The notes below the pieces were generated by a model, which was not told where the DNA came from, did no database searches, and saw only the letters and a program-made list of their open reading frames with translations. The position numbers and the translations under genes are program-made. From NCBI GenBank assembly GCA_964490105.1, contig CAZAZU010000002.1:12751-76750 (forward strand): a DNA stretch of 64,000 nt. Reading direction: 5' to 3'. How positions within the stretch are numbered: the first letter of the stretch is position 1; every line of letters starts with the position of its first letter. Of this stretch, positions 54,291-63,653 are shown one piece after another. The stretch comes from an uncultured Gammaproteobacteria bacterium (GTDB lineage Bacteria > Patescibacteriota > Microgenomatia > Levybacterales > UBA12049).

Positions 54291-55505
54291 TTGAAAAAAT
54301 CTAATCTTCCAAAGGTAAATAAACAGCTTGTATTTTCGATTATCGTTTTCATGGGTCTTGTTTTAGCTACGGTTCTGGTTGTTTTATATGGTAAGGGATA
54401 CAGGTTTGGCCTCGGTTCTGGAAAAATTGAATTCAATGGCACAGGGCTTCTGGTTGCAAAAAGTATTCCGGATGGAGCTCAGGTATTCGTGGACGGAAAA
54501 CTTAGAACTGCCACAGATAACACTATTAATATTGCACCAGGAGAATATGAGGTAAAGATAACCAAAGAAGGCTATTTTGAATGGATAAAGAAAGTAAAAA
54601 TCCAGGCAGAAGTGGTAACTAAAGCTGAAGCACTATTAATTCCTACAGCTCCCAAACTTGAAAGTATTACAGATATCGGTGCAAAAAATCCGGTAATTGA
54701 TCCTACTCTCACAAAAATTGCGTTCATAGTTTCTTCACAATCAGCCACAAGAAATGGAATCTATGTTTTTGATATGAAATCCAATCAACTATTAACTCTT
54801 CAAAGCTCTTCGACTCAAATAGTAGATGATACTTTAGATACTTTTTCTGAAGCGCAAATCTCATGGTCACCGGACGGAAAAGATTTAATGGCTACAATTT
54901 CCGCTGGAAGAGTCACTCCCACCACCTATCTATTGGATACAGACAGAGCAAACAATCCTCCAAATGATATAACCGATACGATTTCAAACGTAACTACCAC
55001 TTGGACAAAAATTAAGGCAGGTAAAGAAAAGGCTGTTTTTGATTCTCTCCCCCGCGGTGTGAAAGCAATCGTGAGAAGTCATTTTAGTGTAATTTCATAT
55101 TCGCCTGATCAGAACAAAATACTCTATAGAGCTTCCAGATCGGGTGACCTTCCAATTATCATTAATCCAAGACTAATCGGAGTAAACACTACGGCTGAAA
55201 ACAGAAATCTGGAAGCTGGTGCTTATTATATTTATGACATCAAGGAAGACCACAATTACAAGATTAACTCTGATAATTTTAAGGGTGCATTCAGCTGGTT
55301 TACAGATTCCAAACACCTGATATATGTAAAAAACAATGAACTACACCTAATAGAATACGATGGATTAAATGACACTGTAGTTTATGCGGGGCCATTTATT
55401 CAAAACTATGTTTTCCCATGGCCTGATTCAACGAGAATAGTAATACTTACAAACTTGGGGAATACAAATATCCTTCCAAATCTCTACACAATCAGCCTGA
55501 AATAA
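54291..55505 (+). CDS. membrane-anchored PEGA-domain protein with TolB-like beta-propeller region
   Basis: TM, PEGA motif (SIPDGAQVFVDGKLRTATDNTINIAPGEYEVKITKEGYF), then propeller-like repeats (ISWSPDGKDLMATI, ISYSPDQNKILY). Confidence 0.55.
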   Translation: MKKSNLPKVNKQLVFSIIVFMGLVLATVLVVLYGKGYRFGLGSGKIEFNGTGLLVAKSIPDGAQVFVDGKLRTATDNTINIAPGEYEVKITKEGYFEWIKKVKIQAEVVTKAEALLIPTAPKLESITDIGAKNPVIDPTLTKIAFIVSSQSATRNGIYVFDMKSNQLLTLQSSSTQIVDDTLDTFSEAQISWSPDGKDLMATISAGRVTPTTYLLDTDRANNPPNDITDTISNVTTTWTKIKAGKEKAVFDSLPRGVKAIVRSHFSVISYSPDQNKILYRASRSGDLPIIINPRLIGVNTTAENRNLEAGAYYIYDIKEDHNYKINSDNFKGAFSWFTDSKHLIYVKNNELHLIEYDGLNDTVVYAGPFIQNYVFPWPDSTRIVILTNLGNTNILPNLYTISLK

Positions 55506-55510
55506 ACTAA

Positions 55511-56269
55511 CTAACTGTTTTTAAAATAAAGCTCCGAGTCTAAAAGAAATACATTTCCATTCTGGCCAACAAGAAACTGCGATGGATTTAAATCAGCTGG
55601 TACTAACCCCGTAGCTAATAGTAGATCAACTAAACCTCCTGACAAATGTCTAACGCCTTGTTGCTCAGCTATTGATAAGTCATCCATTTTCCTACCATTT
55701 GTAAATTGATAAATAAGTATTTTACCCTGTCTGTCAATTACACCTACAAGTGGCTCGACAAATTGAATACCACTAAAACCAGATTCTGCTACCAACTCCT
55801 GCGCCTCGTCGCCTCTGAGAACTCTTTCTACAATTGGAGCAGTAGAAATTTCATTTGCTATACTTGACCATGCCATATCTTGCCTGAGCTGAAATATTTT
55901 CTCGTTCTTAATTCTTACACTTTCATCTTCCATATCTGTACCTTCATTTCTTTCTAATGCTTTAGTTGCCTCTTTCACAGCATCTCGTGAATCAGAAAGC
56001 CTATCTCTAAGATCTAATGGGAATGAACCATGACGTTCTTTTGCGAAAAATTTTGGGGATTCTATGTCATCAACTCTAAATACACTTCCCATCTCTTCCG
56101 GAGGGGAAAAAAGCGGCCAATCTCGAATAGTCCTTCTTTCTAACAATCCCAGGACCTCTTGAATTTGTGGCTGATGAGGAGAAGCTAAATTAACTAGAAG
56201 ATCGTAATTTGGCTTTCTTATTACATCCACCGTTCTGGCAGGCTCTCTTGATATCGGCTCAGGTGACAT
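55511..56269 (-). CDS. hypothetical protein
   Basis: 252 aa with no motif. 1-nt gap to the sortase gene (operon). Confidence 0.35.
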   Translation of the reverse strand: MSPEPISREPARTVDVIRKPNYDLLVNLASPHQPQIQEVLGLLERRTIRDWPLFSPPEEMGSVFRVDDIESPKFFAKERHGSFPLDLRDRLSDSRDAVKEATKALERNEGTDMEDESVRIKNEKIFQLRQDMAWSSIANEISTAPIVERVLRGDEAQELVAESGFSGIQFVEPLVGVIDRQGKILIYQFTNGRKMDDLSIAEQQGVRHLSGGLVDLLLATGLVPADLNPSQFLVGQNGNVFLLDSELYFKNS

Positions 56270-56968
56270 TTATTGCTTAAAGATTGTATCAGTTTTACGT
56301 GGTCTTGCAAAAACTAAAAGTCTTTTAAATGCAGTTCCTGGAGGCCAGCAAGTTTGAAGAATAAGCTGCTCTCCGCCCTCTTGAGCTTGAGTGATAAATG
56401 AAACGTCGGTTGGATCTACTATTTTAGTGCCAGTTACGAAGTAGTTATGTCTTTCTCCCTTATAAAAAACCACAATCTCATCCCCTTCTTTCAAATCCTT
56501 CAAAAGATAGAAAATTGCGTTATATCGTCCTGCATCCCAGAAATTATCTGCAGAGTGCGCAAATAAATAAACATTTCCTTGGAGTCCTGGAAAAACTGAT
56601 CCCTGCGCATGCGCTACTCCCTGTTGCAAAGCTGGACCAAATTTACCTTCATCTGAAGGATCTACATTAGCAATAATCTTAGAAGTAGCCCCTATTTTAG
56701 GTATCAAAATACTAAACTCTGTATCAATAGGACTCAACTCCTGCTCTTTTGCTCCAGTTAACAGATCTGCGAAAGATGCTGTTTGCCTAGGCGCACTTGC
56801 CACTGTTTCTGAAATTTCAAACTCAACTCCCCTAGCCTGAATTATCCTATACTGAGCTTCATAATAACCAGCAGGACCAAAAGTCGCAATCACACCAAAA
56901 ATAGCAAAAAGGAATAAGAAATTCCCGAATGTTCGAAGAATTAAAAACCTGATGTCATGTTTATTCAT
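56270..56968 (-). CDS. sortase family transpeptidase
   Basis: N-terminal TM. Catalytic motifs LFAHS (His) and LILQTCWP (TLxTC Cys), with a downstream Arg (VFARP). Confidence 0.6.
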   Translation of the reverse strand: MNKHDIRFLILRTFGNFLFLFAIFGVIATFGPAGYYEAQYRIIQARGVEFEISETVASAPRQTASFADLLTGAKEQELSPIDTEFSILIPKIGATSKIIANVDPSDEGKFGPALQQGVAHAQGSVFPGLQGNVYLFAHSADNFWDAGRYNAIFYLLKDLKEGDEIVVFYKGERHNYFVTGTKIVDPTDVSFITQAQEGGEQLILQTCWPPGTAFKRLLVFARPRKTDTIFKQ

Positions 56969-56987
56969 TTTAAGGGCGCAAATTATG

Positions 56988-57061
56988 CGTCCCCGAGAGG
57001 AGTTGAACCTCCAATCTTTCCCTTAGGACGGGACTGCTCTATCCAATTGAGCTACGGGAAC
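56988..57061 (-). tRNA. tRNA-Arg (anticodon CCT)
   Basis: Reverse complement folds by hand: acceptor gttcccg/cggggac (one G-U), D-arm gctc-aattggata-gagc, anticodon loop gtcctaa, T-arm ggagg-ttcaact-cctct. Confidence 0.65.
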
Positions 57062-57147
57062 ATAAATATATTTTAACACAACCTAGGTTCACCGAGCTAA
57101 ATTGATATATTCAGTATATCTTGACACCTTAGTTAATAATCGATACG

Positions 57148-58239
57148 ATGATCCCTATGGAACCTGTCCCGCCAAAATCTCCGTTGCCTGACGCACAAGT
57201 CACAACTGCATCACCAGATGCTCGACCAGCATTGGGTGGTAGATTTTCTAGGGTTACCGGATTAGCGACTAGAGCTTTGGGATTAGATCAGCAGCCCGCT
57301 CAAGCAGCACAACAAGCACCTGCACCATCATTCGAACCAGCCGCTACTCCAGGACTTCAGCCAAAAATTGATACTACTCCGGCAACTGGAGCTGTCGTGC
57401 CAAGTCCATGGGCAAGTCCGGATGGAGCAATTTCAGGAGGAGCTACTGATGCCACAGTCACTGATGGGATCACAGAACCGGTAGCGCCCCCTACACCAGA
57501 ACCAGGACTTACTACTCCTGCTCCAGAACCAGCAGGTGATACTAATTCACTTGAAGGAACGAGTACGACAACTACAGTTACTGCTCCCATCTATTCTCCA
57601 GAAGCAGTGGTAATCCCACCCTTGCCAGAACCTGTCGCTGAACCAACTGCTACTCCTAGCTCTGAACCAATTGTGTCAACACCAGCTCCAGAAAGCGCTG
57701 TCGAGCCGGCTGCAGATACGACTGCTATTGAGCCTGAACCTGCTGTAGCTTCTGCTCCAGAACCCGTAGCTACGCCAGCACCTGAACCATCTCCTGCAGT
57801 TGCTCCGGTTTGGACTCCTGATGCTTCACCAGCACAACCCATTACAGCAATTGAGCCTGACATGAGACCTTCATCCACGCCATCAGTTGAACCAATAACG
57901 TCAGCTGCGCCACCTGAAGAAGCAGCAGACGCAGCCACCGAAATCGCAGAAGAACCTCCTCTATTTAGAAAGGTTGTAGATGGTGACCTGATTAGATATG
58001 AATTCACTCCAGAAGGCAGAGAAAGAATCAAGGGCGCATTTACAAAAGCTATCGACAGCGGAGCTTTTGAGGATCTTGCAGGAATGTTCGCTAGCGGACA
58101 AGGGGTAGAACCAAAAGCAGATGTCTTAAGCACAACAACTCAACCAGCAGAACCGCAACCCGCAACTTCAACAGCTGAAGCATCCGTAGAACCAACAAGT
58201 CCGTTTACTACTACTTCAACTCCAGGTGGAACCGTATAA
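57148..58239 (+). CDS. Pro/Ala/Thr-rich low-complexity protein (GC-rich)
   Basis: 363 aa, mostly PEPAxxTPA-type low complexity. A short globular-looking segment RKVVDGDLIRYEFTPEGRERIKGAFTKAID. Confidence 0.4.
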   Translation: MIPMEPVPPKSPLPDAQVTTASPDARPALGGRFSRVTGLATRALGLDQQPAQAAQQAPAPSFEPAATPGLQPKIDTTPATGAVVPSPWASPDGAISGGATDATVTDGITEPVAPPTPEPGLTTPAPEPAGDTNSLEGTSTTTTVTAPIYSPEAVVIPPLPEPVAEPTATPSSEPIVSTPAPESAVEPAADTTAIEPEPAVASAPEPVATPAPEPSPAVAPVWTPDASPAQPITAIEPDMRPSSTPSVEPITSAAPPEEAADAATEIAEEPPLFRKVVDGDLIRYEFTPEGRERIKGAFTKAIDSGAFEDLAGMFASGQGVEPKADVLSTTTQPAEPQPATSTAEASVEPTSPFTTTSTPGGTV

Positions 58240-58281
58240 ATAACTATTGCAATTTCTTCTTTTCGAACTTAAAATAGTAAA

Positions 58282-59043
58282 ATGCAGAAAAAGAATCACA
58301 ACCCTTCAGAATCCTCATCAAACTGGCAAAATGAACTAAAAAAACAAGAAAGATCTAACATGATGAAGAAGATCCTAATGTGGGGAGCAATAATTGGTGT
58401 TTCAATTCTTGGACTCGCAGGTCTAGTTTTAATTGCAGATAAAAGTACTTCATCAACGGAGACACCAGTAGAGAATGTAAATCTTCCAAAAATGACAGAA
58501 GATGACATAGTCGTAGGAGATAGAAATGCCAAAGTAACAATTACTGAATATGCAGACCTTCAATGCCCTGCTTGTGCAGCTGTAAATCCTTTAACCAATC
58601 GTGTTCTTGAAGAATATAACGGAAATATAAAATTAGTTTACAGATTCTTCCCTTTGCGTGGAATACATAAAAACGCATTAATCTCAGGCCAAGCTGCATA
58701 TGCGGCGCATAAATTAGGTAAGTTCTCGGAAATGAAAGATCTTCTGTACGCAAATCAAGCAGATTGGGAAAACCTGGGAGATCCTAAGGAAATTTTTGAA
58801 GGTTATGCGAGCTCAATTGGACTAAATGTAGAAGAATTTAGAAAAATTATGAATAGCGATGAGGCTAAGAAAGCAGTTGAAGACGACGAGAAAGAAGCAA
58901 TTGGCCTTGGACTTAACTCAACCCCGAGCTTTTTCATAGGAAACAAACAATTTAGTGTCTCAAATTACGATGAATTAAAAAAGCTAGTTGATGAAGAACT
59001 TAAGAACTCAGGAACTAAACCTACCGTAAAACCTCTTCAATAA
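58282..59043 (+). CDS. DsbA-family thiol:disulfide oxidoreductase (membrane-anchored)
   Basis: TM, then a thioredoxin-fold region with CPAC active site (ADLQCPACAAVNP). Confidence 0.75.
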   Translation: MQKKNHNPSESSSNWQNELKKQERSNMMKKILMWGAIIGVSILGLAGLVLIADKSTSSTETPVENVNLPKMTEDDIVVGDRNAKVTITEYADLQCPACAAVNPLTNRVLEEYNGNIKLVYRFFPLRGIHKNALISGQAAYAAHKLGKFSEMKDLLYANQADWENLGDPKEIFEGYASSIGLNVEEFRKIMNSDEAKKAVEDDEKEAIGLGLNSTPSFFIGNKQFSVSNYDELKKLVDEELKNSGTKPTVKPLQ

Positions 59044-59080
59044 CTTTACAAGTTATATAGTTAAGTATCATAATTAAAAT

Positions 59081-59383
59081 GTGAATAGATATCTTAGTAG
59101 AACCACTAGAAGTTTTATTCTTTTTATAATAATTAATGCTGCTATATTCTACTATCTCAACTACAGTTCAGATTCAGAATACTGGATTGAAGTATTTGGA
59201 GAAACAAGAATTAAACTATTCTTAATCCCGCATATTCCTTTTCTACTTGGCATAGCTACAAATATACTTCAATACAAGATACTAACTAAGTATCTATTGA
59301 TTACTGGAATCATCTTAACAGGAGTTTCAATTGCAATTCCACCACTTATACTTGGTTTATCTATACTTGCTGGCCCAACCTAA
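59081..59383 (+). CDS. hypothetical small membrane protein
   Basis: 100 aa with 3 predicted TM helices. Confidence 0.35.
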   Translation: MNRYLSRTTRSFILFIIINAAIFYYLNYSSDSEYWIEVFGETRIKLFLIPHIPFLLGIATNILQYKILTKYLLITGIILTGVSIAIPPLILGLSILAGPT

Positions 59384-59841
59384 CTTTCATCGGGGAGATA
59401 AATGTGGCCGTGTTCTGTTTTTACCCAATCAAATATTTCCGATGGCGTAAACATTAATCCTTTTTCTTTATCAGCTGCTTCTTTATTCTCTGAAGCATGA
59501 ATTAAGTTATACTGCTGGCTCATTCCGAAATCTCCTCTAATTGTTCCTGGCTCTGCTGCACGAGACTTTGTAACTCCAGTCATTTTTCTGATTGTCTCAA
59601 TTGCCTCATATCCTTCCCAAAGCATTGCTACAACTGGATATGATTTCATATAGTCTCGAAGGCCTGGGAAAAACGGCTTGTCTTTATGATGAACGTACCA
59701 CTCTTCAAGAAGTGAATCTTGAAGTGAAATCATTTTGATTCCTACCAGCTTAAGCCCCTTTCGCTCAAATCTGTGAATTACTTCACCGATTAAACCTCTT
59801 TGAACTCCGTCTGGTTTTACTATTACTACTGATTGTTCCAT
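59380..59841 (-). CDS. ndk: nucleoside diphosphate kinase
   Basis: MEQSVVIVKPDGVQRGLIGEVIHRFERKGLKLVG... and the NLIHASEN active-site His region. Confidence 0.85.
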   Translation of the reverse strand: MEQSVVIVKPDGVQRGLIGEVIHRFERKGLKLVGIKMISLQDSLLEEWYVHHKDKPFFPGLRDYMKSYPVVAMLWEGYEAIETIRKMTGVTKSRAAEPGTIRGDFGMSQQYNLIHASENKEAADKEKGLMFTPSEIFDWVKTEHGHIYLPDES

Positions 59842-59865
59842 ATCTCAATTATATAATAAGAAATT

Positions 59866-61140
59866 CTAAAGCGAAAGAAGCTTTTCAAATTTAACTTTAC
59901 TAGTGAAATCTCCAATTAAGGCAAGATTTAAAGTCTTTTCAGTGATATATTTCTTAGCAACTTTCATTACCTCAGCCTCTGTTACTCTATCAATCTTTTT
60001 AAGAACTTCATCAGGATTTAAGATTTTCTTCTCTAATATGTCCTGCGTCGAATAAAAAATCGAAGCTGATCTACTATCCTCAAGCTCTAATACCACGTGA
60101 CCCTTGATATTTTCCTTAGCTTTTTTAAGCTCATCTTTAGTTATTGGTTTTTTTCCATCCCTTAAATCCTTAAGCTCAGAAATTATAACTTCTACTGCTT
60201 CATGTGCTCTCTTCGGATCAACTCCAGAACTAACCGTTAAAGATCCAGCATCTATATATTGCTCTGAATTACATCTCACATAATAAGCTAGCCCTCTTTT
60301 TTCTCTAACTTCTGAGAATAACCTTGAAGACATTCCTCCGCCTAAAATATTTGCCAAAACCCAAAGCGGATATTTCTCAGGTGAATCAATCGAAACTGTC
60401 CTAAAACCCAAGGCTAAATGAGCCTGTTCAGTTTTCTTATTACGGATAAGCATTTGGGGCTTTTTCTGAGCTTCTTTAATCTTTAAGAATTTTCCTGTTT
60501 TAAAAGGTCTCATGTTGGAGAAATATTTATGCACCATATCTTCGGACTTTTTTACATCAATTCCTCCAGCTAAAACTACAGTCATATTTGAGGGACTGTA
60601 ATATTTCTGAAGATAATCCATAAAATCTTCTCTAGTTATACTTCTGATTATGTCTTTCTCCCCTGCTATGTCCCAGCCAAGCGGAGTATCTCCATAGAGA
60701 AGTCTTTCGTAGATATCTCCAATTTTTCTCATCGGAGTATCTTCATATAAATTAATTTCTTCAATGATAACCCCCTTCTCTTTTTCAATTTCTCCTGGAT
60801 CAAGAAGTGAATTTTGAATCATGTCAGAAAGCAGGTCTAGACATATTTCGATATTGTTCTTAGCTGCTTTGATATAGTAACCCGTGTATTCTTTATTCGT
60901 AAAAGCATTAAATTCTCCGCCAATTCCATCAATTAACCCAGCGATATCCATAAAGGTTGGGCGAGTTCTTGTCCCCTTAAAAGCCATGTGCTCTAGGAAA
61001 TGAGAAATGCCATTATTTTTTTTATTTTCATAACGTGATCCAGCCCCCACCATAATTAGGGCGGTTGCTGACTCAAAAGATGGCATTGGAACAGTTATAA
61101 CCCGGAGTCCATTGGGAAGAGTTTTTTTATTATATTTCAT
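59866..61140 (-). CDS. M16 family zinc peptidase (insulinase-like)
   Basis: Inverted zinc motif GISHFLEHMAFKGT (HxxEH). ~420 aa two-domain length. Confidence 0.8.
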   Translation of the reverse strand: MKYNKKTLPNGLRVITVPMPSFESATALIMVGAGSRYENKKNNGISHFLEHMAFKGTRTRPTFMDIAGLIDGIGGEFNAFTNKEYTGYYIKAAKNNIEICLDLLSDMIQNSLLDPGEIEKEKGVIIEEINLYEDTPMRKIGDIYERLLYGDTPLGWDIAGEKDIIRSITREDFMDYLQKYYSPSNMTVVLAGGIDVKKSEDMVHKYFSNMRPFKTGKFLKIKEAQKKPQMLIRNKKTEQAHLALGFRTVSIDSPEKYPLWVLANILGGGMSSRLFSEVREKRGLAYYVRCNSEQYIDAGSLTVSSGVDPKRAHEAVEVIISELKDLRDGKKPITKDELKKAKENIKGHVVLELEDSRSASIFYSTQDILEKKILNPDEVLKKIDRVTEAEVMKVAKKYITEKTLNLALIGDFTSKVKFEKLLSL

Positions 61141-61188
61141 TTATTACTTTGGGACAGAAAAATTAGCAGTTACTAATGTTGGATCATA

Positions 61189-62850
61189 TCAAATTTTTTT
61201 AGGCGCATCAATTCCTAAAAGATAAAGTCCATTTTTTAAGGTCTCCCCAATAGTATTAATTACTGCCATTTTTTCGTCTTCATTACTACTTCCTACCACT
61301 TTTTCTTTTTCATAAAACTGATTAAAATTCTGGGCCAAAACATAAAGATAATTCGTTAAAATATTTGGCGAAAAACTCTTAGACGACTCATTTACCACTA
61401 TTTCAAATTGGCAGACAATTCTAAGTAGTGCTACCAATTCTGGTTGAATTTTTTCACGGAGATTAGCCTCGAAATCGGTATTCTTAGCTTTTTCCAATAA
61501 ACTCTGCGTTCTGGCATATGCATAGAGCATATATGGCCCGGAATTACCCTCAATTTGAATAGATTCCTCTATGGAAAATGAAATATTTGATTCTCGTGAA
61601 AACTTTAACATGGCCCATTTCACAGATGCCACAGTTAGAGCCTCTAAAACGTCACCAGGAACCTCCCTAAACCCTTCTTTTAATCTTTTCTGTACTTCTT
61701 CAATTAACCAAAATGCTGACACAATATTTCCGGTTCTAGACGACATTTTACCCTCTTTAAGATTTATAAAACCGTAGGAAAGATGTGATGTTTTGGCGGC
61801 AATTTTTTCGCTTGTTTTTTCTAATGCTTTTAGTAAAACTTTAAAATATTCTGTCTGCTCATTTGCTGTCATTATGACGGATTTGGCATTTGGAAAATCC
61901 TGATCTTTCATAACAGCAAGCGCCAGATCTTTTCCTTCATATGTGACATTTTTCTCTTTAGTTACAAAAACTCTGGTATGAAGTCCGTAATCTTCCCCCT
62001 TAAAAATAATAGCTCCGGCGTCTTCCTGGAATACCCTACCTACATTTTCTTCAACGATCTTTTTCCCGACAGGCGCTGTTTCACTTTCAAAATAATATTT
62101 CTTATATTTTACCCCTAAAATCTTATAAAGTTCCTCAAAATATTCCAGGGACCACTCCCTTCCTTTTTCCCAAATATCGATCACTTGCGAGTCTTTTTGA
62201 TATATTTGTTTATTAATAGATATTATGTTTTGCTTTGCAGAATCGTCATCTTCAAACGCTTTTGCGCCATTTGAATAGCATCTTCCAAGATACTTAGCTC
62301 TCTCCTCTAAGCTCCTATTCTTAAACTCTTCAAAGTCTTTAGAATTAATAATTCCCCAGATACATTTAGCCACGTGCATACCGACATCGCCTTCATAATT
62401 CGCGCGAACCAAGCTTATCCCCTCAAACTCTTTAAGCCTAGCTAATGATTCACCTAAAACTAGATTCCTTACATGGCCTAAATGAGGCTCTTTAAAGGGA
62501 TTTAGATCACCAAATTCTAAGATCAATTCTTCACCTTTATCTTCTTTATTTTCGAGAAACGTGCTCAAACTTTGAGAAACTATTTCCTTGTCAGTCAAAT
62601 AAAAATTAATAAATCCAGGCTTAGCAACTTCGATTTTTTTAAATTTTGAGGCTATTTCACTCTTTTCAAATGCTCCTTTAATTTTTTCAGCAAGCTCTAG
62701 AGGATTTCCGCCTAATCTCATGGCTATATTTGTAGAAAAGTCGCCTTTACTTAGATCTGTAGGCACGTCAACTTTTATTTCGACACTCTTATCGCTTAGT
62801 TCAGCTATAATTTTTTGAATTTCTTTAATTAACCCCGCTCGAACTTCCAT
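61189..62850 (-). CDS. argS: arginine--tRNA ligase
   Basis: N-terminal add-1 region with GDFSTNIAM. Class I HIGH-type PHLGHVRN. KMSSRTGN (KMSKS-like). ~550 aa. Start placed at MEVRAG. Confidence 0.85.
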   Translation of the reverse strand: MEVRAGLIKEIQKIIAELSDKSVEIKVDVPTDLSKGDFSTNIAMRLGGNPLELAEKIKGAFEKSEIASKFKKIEVAKPGFINFYLTDKEIVSQSLSTFLENKEDKGEELILEFGDLNPFKEPHLGHVRNLVLGESLARLKEFEGISLVRANYEGDVGMHVAKCIWGIINSKDFEEFKNRSLEERAKYLGRCYSNGAKAFEDDDSAKQNIISINKQIYQKDSQVIDIWEKGREWSLEYFEELYKILGVKYKKYYFESETAPVGKKIVEENVGRVFQEDAGAIIFKGEDYGLHTRVFVTKEKNVTYEGKDLALAVMKDQDFPNAKSVIMTANEQTEYFKVLLKALEKTSEKIAAKTSHLSYGFINLKEGKMSSRTGNIVSAFWLIEEVQKRLKEGFREVPGDVLEALTVASVKWAMLKFSRESNISFSIEESIQIEGNSGPYMLYAYARTQSLLEKAKNTDFEANLREKIQPELVALLRIVCQFEIVVNESSKSFSPNILTNYLYVLAQNFNQFYEKEKVVGSSNEDEKMAVINTIGETLKNGLYLLGIDAPKKI

Positions 62851-62934
62851 AAAAGAATTGTAGCATACTAATTTCAAATCGTATTCTTACAGCCTCTTTA
62901 TGCTATCTTAATTGCTTGAATATAGAATTAACTA

Positions 62935-63603
62935 ATGTTAAACGGCGGCAAAATATACATTGATCCAACTGCTATCCGGGATTATCCAACAGAACCGAAG
63001 CATATAGATCGAAAAACAATAAAAGCAGATAGCCCAGAGGAAATAGAGCCTCAATCCGCTCCGGATGAGGATAAAAAAGAAGTTAAAACTGATGGAAAAA
63101 ATGAGGGTAAAGAGGAAGAAAAAACAATTGAGAGACCTAAAAACCTAAAAAATGATCCTGCAAATAAAAATAAACTGGATGGACTAGTACAAAAAACCGA
63201 CAATGTACTGCTTAAAGTTAGCAATATCGTTCCTGTTTTGACGACCGATATCGTAATCGACTCTTCCAAAGTGAGCGTTGTTTACAGGCCTTTCCCCTTT
63301 TCAGAACGCATTCATTCAATTTCCGTGAGAGATATAACAGATGTTTATATCGAAACGGTTCCATTTTTTGCAACCTTAAATATTGTGGATACAGGATTTG
63401 TTGAGAATCTGGTTAAAATAACATGGCTTGTTAAAAGTGATGCTGAAAAAGCCAGAAGGATAATTACTGGTCTTATGCAGGCAAACAAAGAAAACATTGA
63501 TCTAAAGCTAGTTCAAGATAAAGAACTTGGGCCCAAGCTTGAGGAAATTGGAAAAGTAAGAGACTCCAAGACTACAGTTTCCAATGCAGCCTCAATTAGT
63601 TAA
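62935..63603 (+). CDS. hypothetical protein with K/E-rich N-terminus
   Basis: 222 aa, no motif. Confidence 0.35.
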   Translation: MLNGGKIYIDPTAIRDYPTEPKHIDRKTIKADSPEEIEPQSAPDEDKKEVKTDGKNEGKEEEKTIERPKNLKNDPANKNKLDGLVQKTDNVLLKVSNIVPVLTTDIVIDSSKVSVVYRPFPFSERIHSISVRDITDVYIETVPFFATLNIVDTGFVENLVKITWLVKSDAEKARRIITGLMQANKENIDLKLVQDKELGPKLEEIGKVRDSKTTVSNAASIS

Positions 63604-63653
63604 ATTCAAAGCTATTGCATTTTTTATTTTCTAGTACTACCATATAGTTAATA

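Noticed and set aside
57357-58133. Minus-strand ORFs (77 and 180 aa) opposite the P/A/T-rich gene.
   Set aside because: They are composition-driven antisense ORFs of a GC-rich low-complexity gene. The plus-strand frame is longer and starts after a plausible promoter region.
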